Positions 37,293 through 46,717 of a stretch of DNA of 64,000 nt are shown piece by piece. The position numbers and the translations under genes are program-made. Every line of letters starts with the position of its first letter. Within the stretch, counting starts at the first letter, position 1. The stretch lies in contig CAWDLW010000023.1 in NCBI GenBank assembly GCA_963803145.1, positions 96,001 to 160,000 of the forward strand. The letters run 5' to 3'. Below the pieces are notes generated by a model. The model was not told where the DNA came from. It made no database searches and was given only the letters and a program-made list of their open reading frames with translations. This DNA comes from Methanotrichaceae archaeon. Its GTDB lineage: Archaea; Halobacteriota; Methanosarcinia; Methanotrichales; Methanotrichaceae.

Positions 37293-37532
37293 TTAATCTC
37301 TTCCGGGGATCAGGTCAGCCTCTGCTTTTGCAGCATCCTCGACAGGCACAGATCCGCCGATGCAATATGCGATCCGCCAGGGATACTTCGAGGTCTTCTT
37401 TAGCTTTCGCATATGGCTATCCGCCGCCTGCTTATCGCCGAATATCGCGAAAACAACTGTTCTCTCAGGATTGTTCGGGTCTGGCCTGCGATCGAGTATA
37501 GCTATATCAGCCTTTGCTTCTATTGTTTTCAT
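37293..37532 (-). CDS. Small hypothetical protein downstream of the integrase
   Basis: ATG 37532 just after the integrase stop. Confidence 0.5.
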   Translation of the reverse strand: MKTIEAKADIAILDRRPDPNNPERTVVFAIFGDKQAADSHMRKLKKTSKYPWRIAYCIGGSVPVEDAAKAEADLIPGRD

Positions 37533-37536
37533 TTTC

Positions 37537-38505
37537 TCACACCCCCAGCTGTGGTATGCATGCCAGATACTTTTCTCTGACAAGTTCCATATCAATTTTA
37601 TTATACCTGTGGAAAGCTAGCCCCCTCATGGAATCTCCCCTCAGGACCATAATATATTCTGTGGGCATACCAGCTCTCCATAAATATGTGGTGAACCAAT
37701 GCCTGCAGCAGTGCGCCGTGAACTGATCCTCCAGTCTGGAAGAGTTCGGATTATGAAGCCCGACACGCTCGGCATGGGCTTTGATGATCTCATTTATTTG
37801 CCAGCCAGTTATACGGCCGGATATCCCTCCTGGAAAGAGAGCCTCGCTGCCATGAGATCTATACTTTCTGGCCTGCAACCAGGCCTCCAGGACATCCGCA
37901 GTCTCGTTGTCGAAGAATAATAGCCTGTTGGAACGCTTAGCTGTCGGCTTCAGAAGGATCTCCATTTTTTCCAGATTGACATCAGATACATCGAGATTGC
38001 GCATCTCTTCTCTTCTCATACCCATCTTCAGAAGACTCCATACGATCGCCCTATCTCTGCTGTTTAATATCGAGTTTGCAAGCTTTGATGCGTCCTTGAT
38101 GCTTATTAGCTGTCTTGACTCCTGATAGCTATCCTCTTTATACCTATGCAAATACCGTTGCTTGAATGGGATAATTGGATTGTAGGCGATCATATGCTTA
38201 TATGCCAAGAACGAATAGAATTGTGATAAGCTGGCAAATATGCGATTCAGGCTAGATGGTTTGAGGCTCCTGGATTTAAGGTCTATAAGATACGCCTCCA
38301 TATCGCTTTCTTCGACCTCCAGAGGAGTCTTTCCACGGGCCTGCAGGAATCCAATGAATGCGCGGGTATATGTCATAGAGGCCTTGGGATTTATACCCCT
38401 CAAAATACAATCAGCCTTAAACTTATTTGCTAAATCTTCGGGAGAGAAAGTATCCTTTTCCAGGCCTTGAAAGTCAATTGTTTTGGCAGCATTCATCTGA
38501 TCCAC
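37537..38505 (-). CDS. Tyrosine recombinase/integrase
   Basis: SAM-like N domain; GMRREE, K, HCCRH and catalytic Tyr in HRYNKID. Confidence 0.95.
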   Translation of the reverse strand: MDQMNAAKTIDFQGLEKDTFSPEDLANKFKADCILRGINPKASMTYTRAFIGFLQARGKTPLEVEESDMEAYLIDLKSRSLKPSSLNRIFASLSQFYSFLAYKHMIAYNPIIPFKQRYLHRYKEDSYQESRQLISIKDASKLANSILNSRDRAIVWSLLKMGMRREEMRNLDVSDVNLEKMEILLKPTAKRSNRLLFFDNETADVLEAWLQARKYRSHGSEALFPGGISGRITGWQINEIIKAHAERVGLHNPNSSRLEDQFTAHCCRHWFTTYLWRAGMPTEYIMVLRGDSMRGLAFHRYNKIDMELVREKYLACIPQLGV

Positions 38506-38999
38506 TTCCAGCCATTATTAGTTTCCTTCACGAGGCCAAAACGTCTCAACTCCTCAAGCTGATTAGAAACCAATTTAACAGCCATAGAATCGGAAGGGTC
38601 GATTTTTAGGGCCTTGAAGATATCATAATCCGCTATTGCTCTCCCTTTCTTGAGTATCCCTATCAGCTCGGGGCTATATTCTTCAGCTTCGTCGGAAGCC
38701 AACCTTTCGAATGCCTTGTGGCGCAGCTTGAAGAGTTCCGACTCGTTTTGCGCTATTATAACGTTCTTCTGGCGGAGTTCTTCCTGCAGGGCAATGAGGT
38801 CTCTTTTAAGCTCAATATTATCTTGTGCCAAATCGCTTCTCTCTTTAGCCGGAGGCATGGCAGATCTTCCTCGTTCGAACAATTCTAAAATATATTGATT
38901 AGTCGAAGAGCCGCATTTTTCAGCTTCCTTTGCACAATCATCTAAATATTCTTGCGACGGTGGATAGATTGTAAACTGGATCTGCCCTTTCCGAGCCAT
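38493..38999 (-). CDS. RHH plus coiled-coil/wHTH regulator paired with the integrase
   Basis: QFTIY beta strand then helices (GSSTNQYILE); C-terminal LRRFGLVKE...W. Confidence 0.65.
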   Translation of the reverse strand: MARKGQIQFTIYPPSQEYLDDCAKEAEKCGSSTNQYILELFERGRSAMPPAKERSDLAQDNIELKRDLIALQEELRQKNVIIAQNESELFKLRHKAFERLASDEAEEYSPELIGILKKGRAIADYDIFKALKIDPSDSMAVKLVSNQLEELRRFGLVKETNNGWKWIR

Positions 39000-39000
39000 A

Positions 39001-39028
39001 ATACCAGATAGCCCATCTGGTATATAAA
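39001..39028 (-). promoter_or_regulatory. TATA box (TTTATATA) with an overlapping 9-bp inverted-repeat operator
   Basis: ATACCAGAT-N5-ATCTGGTAT at 39001-39023; TATA ~22 nt from the ATG. Confidence 0.7.
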
Positions 39029-39039
39029 CTGTACAGGTA

Positions 39040-39153
39040 CTAATCTTCGCTCTTCAGAATGATCATCTTCCTGCGGATAGGATTCTCCAGGGCGTGGTGC
39101 ACCAGGGCCATCTCTTCGGGCGACTGTGGCTTGGCCTTGCGTCCGATTTCCAT
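39040..39153 (-). pseudogene. 5' fragment of an ArsR-like HTH gene, probably interrupted by integration
   Basis: MEIGRKAKPQSPEEMALVHHALENPIRRKMIILKSED*: the AL-x-x-P-x-RR helix is present, the HTH and wing are absent. Confidence 0.7.
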
Positions 39154-39338
39154 ATAAGTTAATTGGGCAGAAGCTATGAATAAAATTTGCTCATTTGGAC
39201 ATCTTTATGGATGCCGTCTTTTCTGACCATAAAAATTAATCGTGTCGAATATTTGGATTAACCCAAAGATAGTAATATTCGCTATAATAGTCTTTCTTTC
39301 GACTAATTGCCTAATAAATTCAAGCTTTGAAGTTTAGT

Positions 39339-39407
39339 CTTTGTGCCTTCGTGTCTTTGTGGTGAGCGTTCAGTGCTTGCCAACCACAAAGGCACAAAGT
39401 CACGAAG
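39339..39407. repeat. REP-like hairpin built from 8-bp CTT(T/C)GTGN units
   Basis: Three units face three inverted units (21/25 matches, two more by G-U). Confidence 0.8.
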
Positions 39408-39508
39408 AACGCTTAAGGGAATTTGGGATTAAGATACGAAATGTATAAGGTAAAAGAACTGAGAGAAGCACTATAAAAGTAGCATTCGCTATTAACAAGG
39501 TGAAATTT

Positions 39509-40087
39509 ATGGATGAAGACTTCAAGAAAGCCGTCGAGTTTCACGGCCACACCTGCCCGGGGCTTGCAATAGGCTACAGGGTTGCAAAATACATCAAGGG
39601 CAACTACCCGAGGTCAAAGGACGAAGAGCTTGTCTGTATTGTTGAGAACAAATCATGCAGCGTCGACGCTATTCAGGCCCTTTTGAGCTGTACCTTTGGC
39701 AAGGGCAACCTTATCTTCGTAGACAACGGAAAGCAGGTCTTCACATTCTATTCTCGCGACAAGGGCAAAGCCCTAAGGATATACTTCAAAGGCGACATCT
39801 TCAAGCGCCTGGACGAGCTGAGACAGAAAGATGCAAATGGCAAGCTTAGTCCTGATGAGAAAAAAGAGCTTGAGGGCATGAGGGAGCAGATAATCCAGAA
39901 GGTACTGAGCGCACCTGATAAGGAGCTTCTATCGGTAAAAGAGGTGGATATTCCAGCGCCTGAGAAGGCACATATCTATCCGTCACTTAGCTGTCAGGAA
40001 TGTGGCGAAAACTTCATGGAGATCAAAGGTAGAACAGCCAACGGCAAAGTGGTCTGCAAGGATTGCTTCGAGAGGCTGGTTTGCTAA
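39509..40087 (+). CDS. fmdE: FmdE family protein
   Basis: FHGHTCPG, C-x-x-DAIQ...CTFGKGN, C-terminal Zn finger. Confidence 0.92.
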   Translation: MDEDFKKAVEFHGHTCPGLAIGYRVAKYIKGNYPRSKDEELVCIVENKSCSVDAIQALLSCTFGKGNLIFVDNGKQVFTFYSRDKGKALRIYFKGDIFKRLDELRQKDANGKLSPDEKKELEGMREQIIQKVLSAPDKELLSVKEVDIPAPEKAHIYPSLSCQECGENFMEIKGRTANGKVVCKDCFERLVC

Positions 40088-40174
40088 AATTTGTGGCCAT
40101 TATGTCCGATAATACAGCTTGAGATGTATCACTATCATATTTACTGCCGAACTCTGTAATCATCCCGAGGTATT

Positions 40175-40612
40175 ATGAAAGAAGAGAACAAAAAGCTGGT
40201 CAACGATCTGCTGGATCACAGCAGCTCGCTGGCAGAGGATATATTCGATGATAGCCAGGATATGCTTGGCCTTGTGCCCTTCATCTTAAATATCATGGCT
40301 AAGAGGCCCGCGTTCTTGATCTTCTCCAGCCTAAAGGATTTTTATGCGCTCAGACCAAAAAGCCTGGATGCCAAGACCGCTGAGCTTCTTGCGGTAGCTG
40401 CAGCGGCGAGCGCAGGCGCAGACAACTGCCTGAAGGTGCATATGCAAGCAGCAGAGCGCGCCGGCGCAAGCAAAGACGAAATTCTGGATGCCATATTCAT
40501 CGCTGCTGTTATCGGCCAGTCGAAAGTGCTTGCAACTTCCCTCAGAGCCTTCCAGGAATTTGATGAAAAAGGCGATGGAGAAAAATCGAAGGAAGTTGAT
40601 CTAGATGCATAG
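40175..40612 (+). CDS. Carboxymuconolactone decarboxylase/AhpD family protein
   Basis: LDAKTAELLA...CLKVH...AGASKDEI. Confidence 0.85.
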   Translation: MKEENKKLVNDLLDHSSSLAEDIFDDSQDMLGLVPFILNIMAKRPAFLIFSSLKDFYALRPKSLDAKTAELLAVAAAASAGADNCLKVHMQAAERAGASKDEILDAIFIAAVIGQSKVLATSLRAFQEFDEKGDGEKSKEVDLDA

Positions 40613-40621
40613 TTGATTCAG

Positions 40622-41470
40622 ATGCCCACACAAACTGCTATACTCTTAGCTGCCTTCGGCTCACTTCAGCCCTCGGCCCTAGACACATACGAAAAAATCA
40701 AGATATTTTACATGCGAGAATTCCCTAACTCAGATGTAAGGATTGCCTTCACATCCGGTTTCATAAGGCACAAGTTGAGAGATGAGAGCATTTACTTCCA
40801 GAGCCCATTGATGGTTCTGGCAGAGCTACAGGATCAAGGTTTTCATGATATAGTCGTTCAACCTCTTCAAATTGTTCCAGGCAGCGAGTTCCATGAGATC
40901 GCATCTTTGGTCCAGCATCTGGAAGGCATTCACGGAAGGTTCAGGTTTCATAACCTTGTACTGGGGATGCCCTTGCTAACGAGCTTCGAGGACTGTAAAA
41001 AGACTTCAGTCGCGTTGAAACCAATCTTTGAGGAAATAGATGAACTAAACAAGTCAAAAGATCGGAATAGGAGTGTAATAGTCCTTGTTGGTCACGGAAC
41101 TGGCCATCCTGCAGATAGCCTTTACTCTCAGATGGCTTCGGTTTTGGCGAACAGCCGCAAAAACATCCTTTTTGGAACTCTGGAGGGTCATCCAGGGCTT
41201 AGTAATGTGCTTTCTTGGCTGATGGAGATTAAGAAAGAGAATAAGATAGAAAAAGTTGTGATAGTGCCTTTTCTACTAGTTGCAGGAGGCCATGTGCTGG
41301 AGGATATCGCAGGGAGTGGACAAAGCTCTTGGAGAACTATCCTTGAACGTCGAGGCCTCGATGTCGAGGTTTGCCTCAGAGGATTAGGCGATGAAGAAGA
41401 GATAATCAAACTGTTCATTGAACATACTTCAGACGCGATGAAGAAGGGTTTTATTCCAGAGCAGCAATAG
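40622..41470 (+). CDS. cbiK: Sirohydrochlorin cobaltochelatase
   Basis: AFGS, AFTS, PGSEF, GHGT-x-H, EGHP, LLVAGGH motifs. Confidence 0.92.
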   Translation: MPTQTAILLAAFGSLQPSALDTYEKIKIFYMREFPNSDVRIAFTSGFIRHKLRDESIYFQSPLMVLAELQDQGFHDIVVQPLQIVPGSEFHEIASLVQHLEGIHGRFRFHNLVLGMPLLTSFEDCKKTSVALKPIFEEIDELNKSKDRNRSVIVLVGHGTGHPADSLYSQMASVLANSRKNILFGTLEGHPGLSNVLSWLMEIKKENKIEKVVIVPFLLVAGGHVLEDIAGSGQSSWRTILERRGLDVEVCLRGLGDEEEIIKLFIEHTSDAMKKGFIPEQQ

Positions 41471-41527
41471 TACAGGCATAAATTAAGGGTATGAAATAAG
41501 GATATAATGTAAGGTACGATAAAAAGC

Positions 41528-41908
41528 ATGAAGCAAGATAGTCCGAAGCCTAATAACTATTGGGAAAAGCGAAAGTCCTTCTGGACCTCGCCTAAGGGAG
41601 TTGTCATATATATAGTCATATTGTTTGCCTTGCTGGCCGGAGGCCTGATAGCTCTCAATATCTATTCATCGCCTTTTCCTGTCATTGAATCATTTATTGC
41701 TAGACCGGTGGTAATTAGCCCAGGAGGCATCTCCAATCTGAGCTGGGAAGTCATCGGTGCAGAGAGAGTGAAGATAACTCCTGGAATAGGTGCCGTTGAA
41801 CTTAGAGGTTCGAGGCGAATTTCACCTTCCACGACCACTGTTTACACGCTCATCGCTATCAACGGTACGAGAAACAGATCGGCTGAGGCTATGGTTAGGG
41901 TAGAATGA
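41528..41908 (+). CDS. Membrane-anchored Ig-like protein
   Basis: TM then P-x-I-x-x-F...LSW...TTVYTL. Confidence 0.65.
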   Translation: MKQDSPKPNNYWEKRKSFWTSPKGVVIYIVILFALLAGGLIALNIYSSPFPVIESFIARPVVISPGGISNLSWEVIGAERVKITPGIGAVELRGSRRISPSTTTVYTLIAINGTRNRSAEAMVRVE

Positions 41909-41960
41909 TAATGCCGGATATATCGATCTCAATGTTTCAATTTATCTATATGGAGGCAGG

Positions 41961-42590
41961 ATGGCTCCCAAAATAATGCTAATAGCATTAGCATTGTCTT
42001 TAATCTTGCTGGAGCTGCCATTGGCTGTGTTGGCCGCCCCTGACGAAACATACGGCAGTGTCATTAATGTAGTCGACGGCAATACCTTTGATATAGCAAT
42101 AGAGAAGGCCGATCCCAGGATAATATCCAGCGTGGAGCGCATAAGGCTGGCCGATATTAGCTCGCCTGATGTAAGCACGCCTGAGGGCCTTCTTGCAAGG
42201 GACTTTACTTCGGCTGTTCTGCTAAATAAAAAGGTTTATCTTGATATCGATGATCTTTCAGTTAGGGACCCTTATGGCAGACTTCTCTGCGTTGTGTACC
42301 TTATAGGGGTATATGGCCAGCCGATTGTAACTCCCTGTTTTAATCGCATGCTCGTTGATTCAGGTTATGCTAAAATCGATAACTCCACAAATAATGAGTT
42401 CGATCCTTCGAAATGGTGGCCAGATATTAAGTCAAATAATACGCTTCTGCCTGAGTCTGGTGACCTTGCTGGGAGATTAGAGAGATATGCTGGGGATTTG
42501 TTAAACCAGCCACCTGAAAAGCAAGTGAATGAACTTGGAGGATTGGCGAAGCAAGCAGAAGACTTGCTTCATAGCCAAGTGGCAAGATGA
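41961..42590 (+). CDS. Secreted thermonuclease (SNase) family protein
   Basis: VVDGNT, RIRLADI, DPYGRLL, N-x-x-LV-x-x-GYA. Confidence 0.88.
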   Translation: MAPKIMLIALALSLILLELPLAVLAAPDETYGSVINVVDGNTFDIAIEKADPRIISSVERIRLADISSPDVSTPEGLLARDFTSAVLLNKKVYLDIDDLSVRDPYGRLLCVVYLIGVYGQPIVTPCFNRMLVDSGYAKIDNSTNNEFDPSKWWPDIKSNNTLLPESGDLAGRLERYAGDLLNQPPEKQVNELGGLAKQAEDLLHSQVAR

Positions 42591-42802
42591 AACCGTCTGA
42601 TGTCGGAAAACATGGATCTCTCGAATGATGGATAGCAGTATACCAAGGATAGCTAGCATACTCAGTCTAAGAATATTTTCGCTTGGCAAGTTAAATAGTC
42701 TCAATCAACTATCACTAATCAGCCCAAGTCAATTCCCAACTAAAACATATAGCTAAAGAAACCGAAAGACAATAGCTACCAAAAAGTAGGGCTAGAGGGG
42801 AT

Positions 42803-43786
42803 TTATCCAGAGAACTGCGCTTTATCTGGCACCTTAAAGCATGAGCAATCGAACATGTCTTCGGTGCTTGACCCAAAGCCCTTCTTGTCAGTAGCATTCA
42901 TATCGTTCCAACCGCCATTGCCGCCATACGAGCCACAGCATGGCAGCCATTTCTCATCCTCGTCTTCTATATCCGATGATTGTGTTAATAGAGCCATTCT
43001 CTTTGTTATGTTGAAGGTCCCAATATAATCTTCGTCCACCACAGTCAAGGGCTTTTCCCATGCCTTCATCGCTAACCCAAGAGGAAGGCTTTCTTCCTCA
43101 GACATCTCCTCTGGAACTTCGTCTACTGGAATTCCCTTAAGTTCAAGAACCCCAAAATGGATCTTGCCGTTGGTTAAGCTCTCATTCACAGTCATTACTG
43201 TGCTGGAATAGTCAGCCTGAATATCAAGCATCCTGTCCAGTTCGTGCGCTCCCTCAGTCATGTAATTCATAGAATTCAAATTATCTCGATTCTTTATCCA
43301 GGCATCATCCTTTAGCAAAGAATTGAAAACAACTGGATGAATGTTATAATATCGCGAATCTATAGCCATAGATAGCGGGCTATAGGCCATTTTACCGTCT
43401 TCTTTAAGCTGGATAATGCTATTTGCATCTTCGAAATCATCATATGGTTGCCCATATTCATCGTATTTGGTATCGGTGTAATTCTCGTATAAGTGATAGC
43501 TTTCTGCGTACATATTAGAATCGGTATCTATTGTGCCGCTCCCATGGTTTTTGCTCTTTGTCTCCGCACCATTGAACATAGCTCCTGTAGGACCGAGGGC
43601 ATCTGGCATAAACGCGTATTTGTAGGTAGAGAAAAAGCCTATCCCGCTAACTTTCTGGTCATACTTAAGAATTAGATGTTTTTCTTCTTTATAGGTAATA
43701 TTGTTTTCTTCTGCACATCCTACGGTCGCCATTCCCAAAATAATAACAGCTGCCAACAGCGTAAAAACAACATCCCTCAGGGCCAT
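42803..43786 (-). CDS. Secreted hypothetical protein (Methanothrix-type)
   Basis: Signal peptide; DEDYIGTF, WLPCC, FDCSCF. Confidence 0.7.
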   Translation of the reverse strand: MALRDVVFTLLAAVIILGMATVGCAEENNITYKEEKHLILKYDQKVSGIGFFSTYKYAFMPDALGPTGAMFNGAETKSKNHGSGTIDTDSNMYAESYHLYENYTDTKYDEYGQPYDDFEDANSIIQLKEDGKMAYSPLSMAIDSRYYNIHPVVFNSLLKDDAWIKNRDNLNSMNYMTEGAHELDRMLDIQADYSSTVMTVNESLTNGKIHFGVLELKGIPVDEVPEEMSEEESLPLGLAMKAWEKPLTVVDEDYIGTFNITKRMALLTQSSDIEDEDEKWLPCCGSYGGNGGWNDMNATDKKGFGSSTEDMFDCSCFKVPDKAQFSG

Positions 43787-44005
43787 CCCTCCTCGAATAA
43801 TAGACGACGTTTTTTACATGCATCTTCTATTATTTAAGATTACTTCCGATAAGAATTGCTTCTTGTTGTTCTAAGCAATGGAGACTTTATGGCACTTTAT
43901 GGTACTTAGCTAACTTTACATCTTTAAGCCAATATAGCAAGTTTTGAGTAGTCGCATAACCGATCAAACGATTAAAGCGCTTCAATTCTGCATTCCTTTG
44001 ATATG

Positions 44006-44054
44006 AGTAATACTTTATCTTGTAAGTAATAAATTTTTCAGATAAAGTATTACT
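44006..44054. promoter_or_regulatory. NikR-type operator GTAATA-N16-TATTAC within a 15-bp perfect inverted repeat
   Basis: Box at 44026-44053; IR 44006-44020/44040-44054; upstream of a CbiM/NikM gene. Confidence 0.7.
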
Positions 44055-44280
44055 ATAGGATACTAATCGCTCATTGGAAAAGGTTGATTTCAAGCTATAT
44101 TTAATGGAGCATGGTTCCGAACGGCAATGTTATTTATTAGATTGTCTATCCTTTCGGACTGGGACGAATCCGAAATTGGATATACCTAATCAATAGCATT
44201 TTTAAGTAAAATGTTATTACTAGGTATGCGCATCCGACATCTTTTTATAACTATATGAGGCTGTAGCAATAGGTGAGATT

Positions 44281-45000
44281 GTGCATATCCCCGATGGCTA
44301 TCTTGGACCCTACACCTACCTGACATTATGGATCATCATGATTCCAATCTGGATTTATGCCGGGAAAAGATTAAGTGCGGAGCTCAGATCAAGACAGGTT
44401 CCCCTGTTGGCGCTTTCTTCTGCTTTCGCATTCGTGATAATGATGTTCAACATCCCTGTTCCCGGCGGCAGCACAGGCCATGCTGTTGGAGGAGCAATAA
44501 TTGGCATAGTCCTAGGTCCCTGGGCTGCGGTAATATCCATCTCTGTCACTCTAGTGTTGCAGGCATTAATATTCGGAGACGGGGGAATAACTGCCATCGC
44601 CGCCAATTGCTTCAACATGGCGGTTGTAATGCCCTTCTCTGCATATTACATTTATAAGTTTATCAGCGGAAATACAGAGATTGCTTCGTCGCGTAGGATC
44701 ACAGCCTCAGCCATCGCTGGATATATCTCCATAACCCTTGCTGCAGCATCTACAGGCTTCATGTTCGGCATACAGCCTATATTGCATCATGATGCAAGCG
44801 GCATGCCGCTGTACATGCCCTATGGTCTAGGGATAACTTTGCCAGCAATGGTTTTGGAATATGCCCTGGTATTCGGCTTCATTGAGGCGCTCGTGACCGC
44901 GCTGATATTCGCCTACATTCAGAGAACCGACTCGTCTCTGCTTGTGGAGAGCGCAACTAAGTCAAAGGCGAGCAAGTCCAAAGCGTCAGCGCCTGTGTGA
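44281..45000 (+). CDS. cbiM: ECF Ni/Co transporter substrate component CbiM/NikM
   Basis: MHIPDGYL, GGSTGHAVG, GDGG...ANCFNM. Confidence 0.93.
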   Translation: MHIPDGYLGPYTYLTLWIIMIPIWIYAGKRLSAELRSRQVPLLALSSAFAFVIMMFNIPVPGGSTGHAVGGAIIGIVLGPWAAVISISVTLVLQALIFGDGGITAIAANCFNMAVVMPFSAYYIYKFISGNTEIASSRRITASAIAGYISITLAAASTGFMFGIQPILHHDASGMPLYMPYGLGITLPAMVLEYALVFGFIEALVTALIFAYIQRTDSSLLVESATKSKASKSKASAPV

Positions 45001-45010
45001 GGTGATTTCC

Positions 45011-45322
45011 GTGGACAAGATCATGAGGAACCTTGCGATCGGTCTGTTAATATTAGTGATACTCACACCCCTCGGCCTTTTAGCCACGGGCGGTACCTTT
45101 GGCGAGTGGTCGAATAAAGAAGTCAAGGAGAAGCTCGGCTTTGTGCCCAGCGGACTGGAGCATATATCTTCTCTATGGGGGGCACCACTGCCAGACTATG
45201 CTATTCCAGGTGAGGGCTCACAGCACAGTGCAACGGGGACATATATTCTATCAGCTGTAATAGGCGTGATAGTATGCGCAGGGGTGTTGTACTTTGTGGG
45301 AAGGAGGCTAGCTAAAGATTAA
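45011..45322 (+). CDS. PDGLE-domain ECF component (NikN-like)
   Basis: PLGLLA...GEW, APLPDY, C-terminal TM. Confidence 0.85.
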   Translation: MDKIMRNLAIGLLILVILTPLGLLATGGTFGEWSNKEVKEKLGFVPSGLEHISSLWGAPLPDYAIPGEGSQHSATGTYILSAVIGVIVCAGVLYFVGRRLAKD

Positions 45323-45640
45323 AATGCATTTTTGTGCTTATTTGCAAAGGACCTTTAGCGAGTGATCGAATAATGATATTAAGTAGCTCCGTCTAATGCC
45401 CAACGATCCGGAAGTATTTAACTCCGTTTTGGAGCATACTAGCCAGATTATACCATTCAGAAAAAACTGGTCGAAGCATAGCGCTGAAGCCTGATGTTAT
45501 TACTCTAGGCAAAAAGAACCTGTCTATCTTAGATAACCTCGACGAGCCATCTGAATATGCTTGAAGACTCAGATAGATTAGGTTACCGATCCTTATTTTC
45601 GAGAAAGGTAAAATAAAATGGAAGATATAAAATTTGAAAT

Positions 45641-46018
45641 TCATCCGCAGGCGCAGTGACCGCATATCTGTCTGTGCAATTTCTTACATATTAGTGCTAA
45701 ATCGTGTCTGAAAACGGGGTTGGAATGATGAAGTAGTTCGTCAATACGCGCTTGTAAATTGGCCTCAGTAATCCCGGCTGGATAATTTCCGTTAGCCGGC
45801 GGTTGAAATACGCTAGCATCATCTATTACAGTGGGATCAAGCAAACCCGCAAGCAAACCCAATATATACCAAATGTTTTGGGCATCCCAATAAAATGCTT
45901 CGGTCTGTGCTTTAAATTGCGTATTTCTCATATCCCAAAGATCTCCAGCCAGTTGTTGTACTTCAGCTTTTGTGGCCGGTGAAATTGGCGTTTTAACCTT
46001 ACTTCCAGTGGTCGGCAT
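45641..46018 (-). CDS. Hypothetical protein ending in CGHCACG
   Basis: RBS GGTGAGG before ATG 46018. Confidence 0.55.
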   Translation of the reverse strand: MPTTGSKVKTPISPATKAEVQQLAGDLWDMRNTQFKAQTEAFYWDAQNIWYILGLLAGLLDPTVIDDASVFQPPANGNYPAGITEANLQARIDELLHHSNPVFRHDLALICKKLHRQICGHCACG

Positions 46019-46344
46019 CTCCCTCACCTTTCCGATTACTTCATTTTCTACTAAAACTCGTTAACTAGCCGTATTTGTATTCGTGAAAAGATACATCAAT
46101 GGCTAGTTCCGTTTTTTATATTGAGTTTACGGCAACCCTTGATAAGAACTGCAACTATTTAAGTCTTTTTAAGAACAATTTTTTGATACGGAGCTGATCT
46201 CAATACTCTTGGCAGTATTGCGTTCTCGGCACCTTATTTTTGGAAGCTATGCTGGAATTGATTACCATAATTTAGAAAAATCTATATCTAAAGACTTTGT
46301 ATCCTCCATTATGTGAAAATATTTATGTTCAGAACAATAAAATC

Positions 46345-46600
46345 AAACTGCGTGCGGCCACCCCACCCTAAAGGATGGGGTATGCTTCGGTCCGCACGCC
46401 GATCGGTTTTCAGGAAGCTAGAAACCGTCTAATTTTCGTTGTCTGGATCTCTTGATCTGAATTATTGTAACTTTGCTTTCGGTTTCCAGAGATTTCTTGT
46501 TGATCAATATAAGGAAACATGAAAACCAGGCGAGGGTTCACTTCATCCCCGACCTGAAGGTCTGGGTATTCGTGACCCTCCGCACTCCCAATGTAATAAA
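46345..46600. mobile_element. Non-autonomous IS200/IS605-type element with two terminal hairpins
   Basis: CCCCACCCTAAAGGATGGGG (46361-46380) and CCCCGACCTGAAGGTCTGGG (46547-46566), each inside an outer helix; no transposase. Confidence 0.7.
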
Positions 46601-46717
46601 TATTCGTAATGCTGCAATACTTTTCTTATACTTGTTTCAGGATGTCCTCGTACAATAGATAGAACACAATAGTAATCCAAAAGATTTTTAAAGTAGAAAT
46701 GCTTAATAAACACTCGT

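Larger units (their letters stand above)
1..39055. mobile_element. Integrated head-tail (siphovirus-like) archaeal provirus, right part; left end lies outside the window
   Basis: Co-oriented portal, capsid, neck, tail tube, TMP and tail-tip genes, followed by an integrase and a truncated host gene; host genes resume at 39.5 kb. Confidence 0.93.

Noticed and set aside
36990-39500. tRNA attachment site
   Set aside because: No cloverleaf or T-loop motif near the integrase
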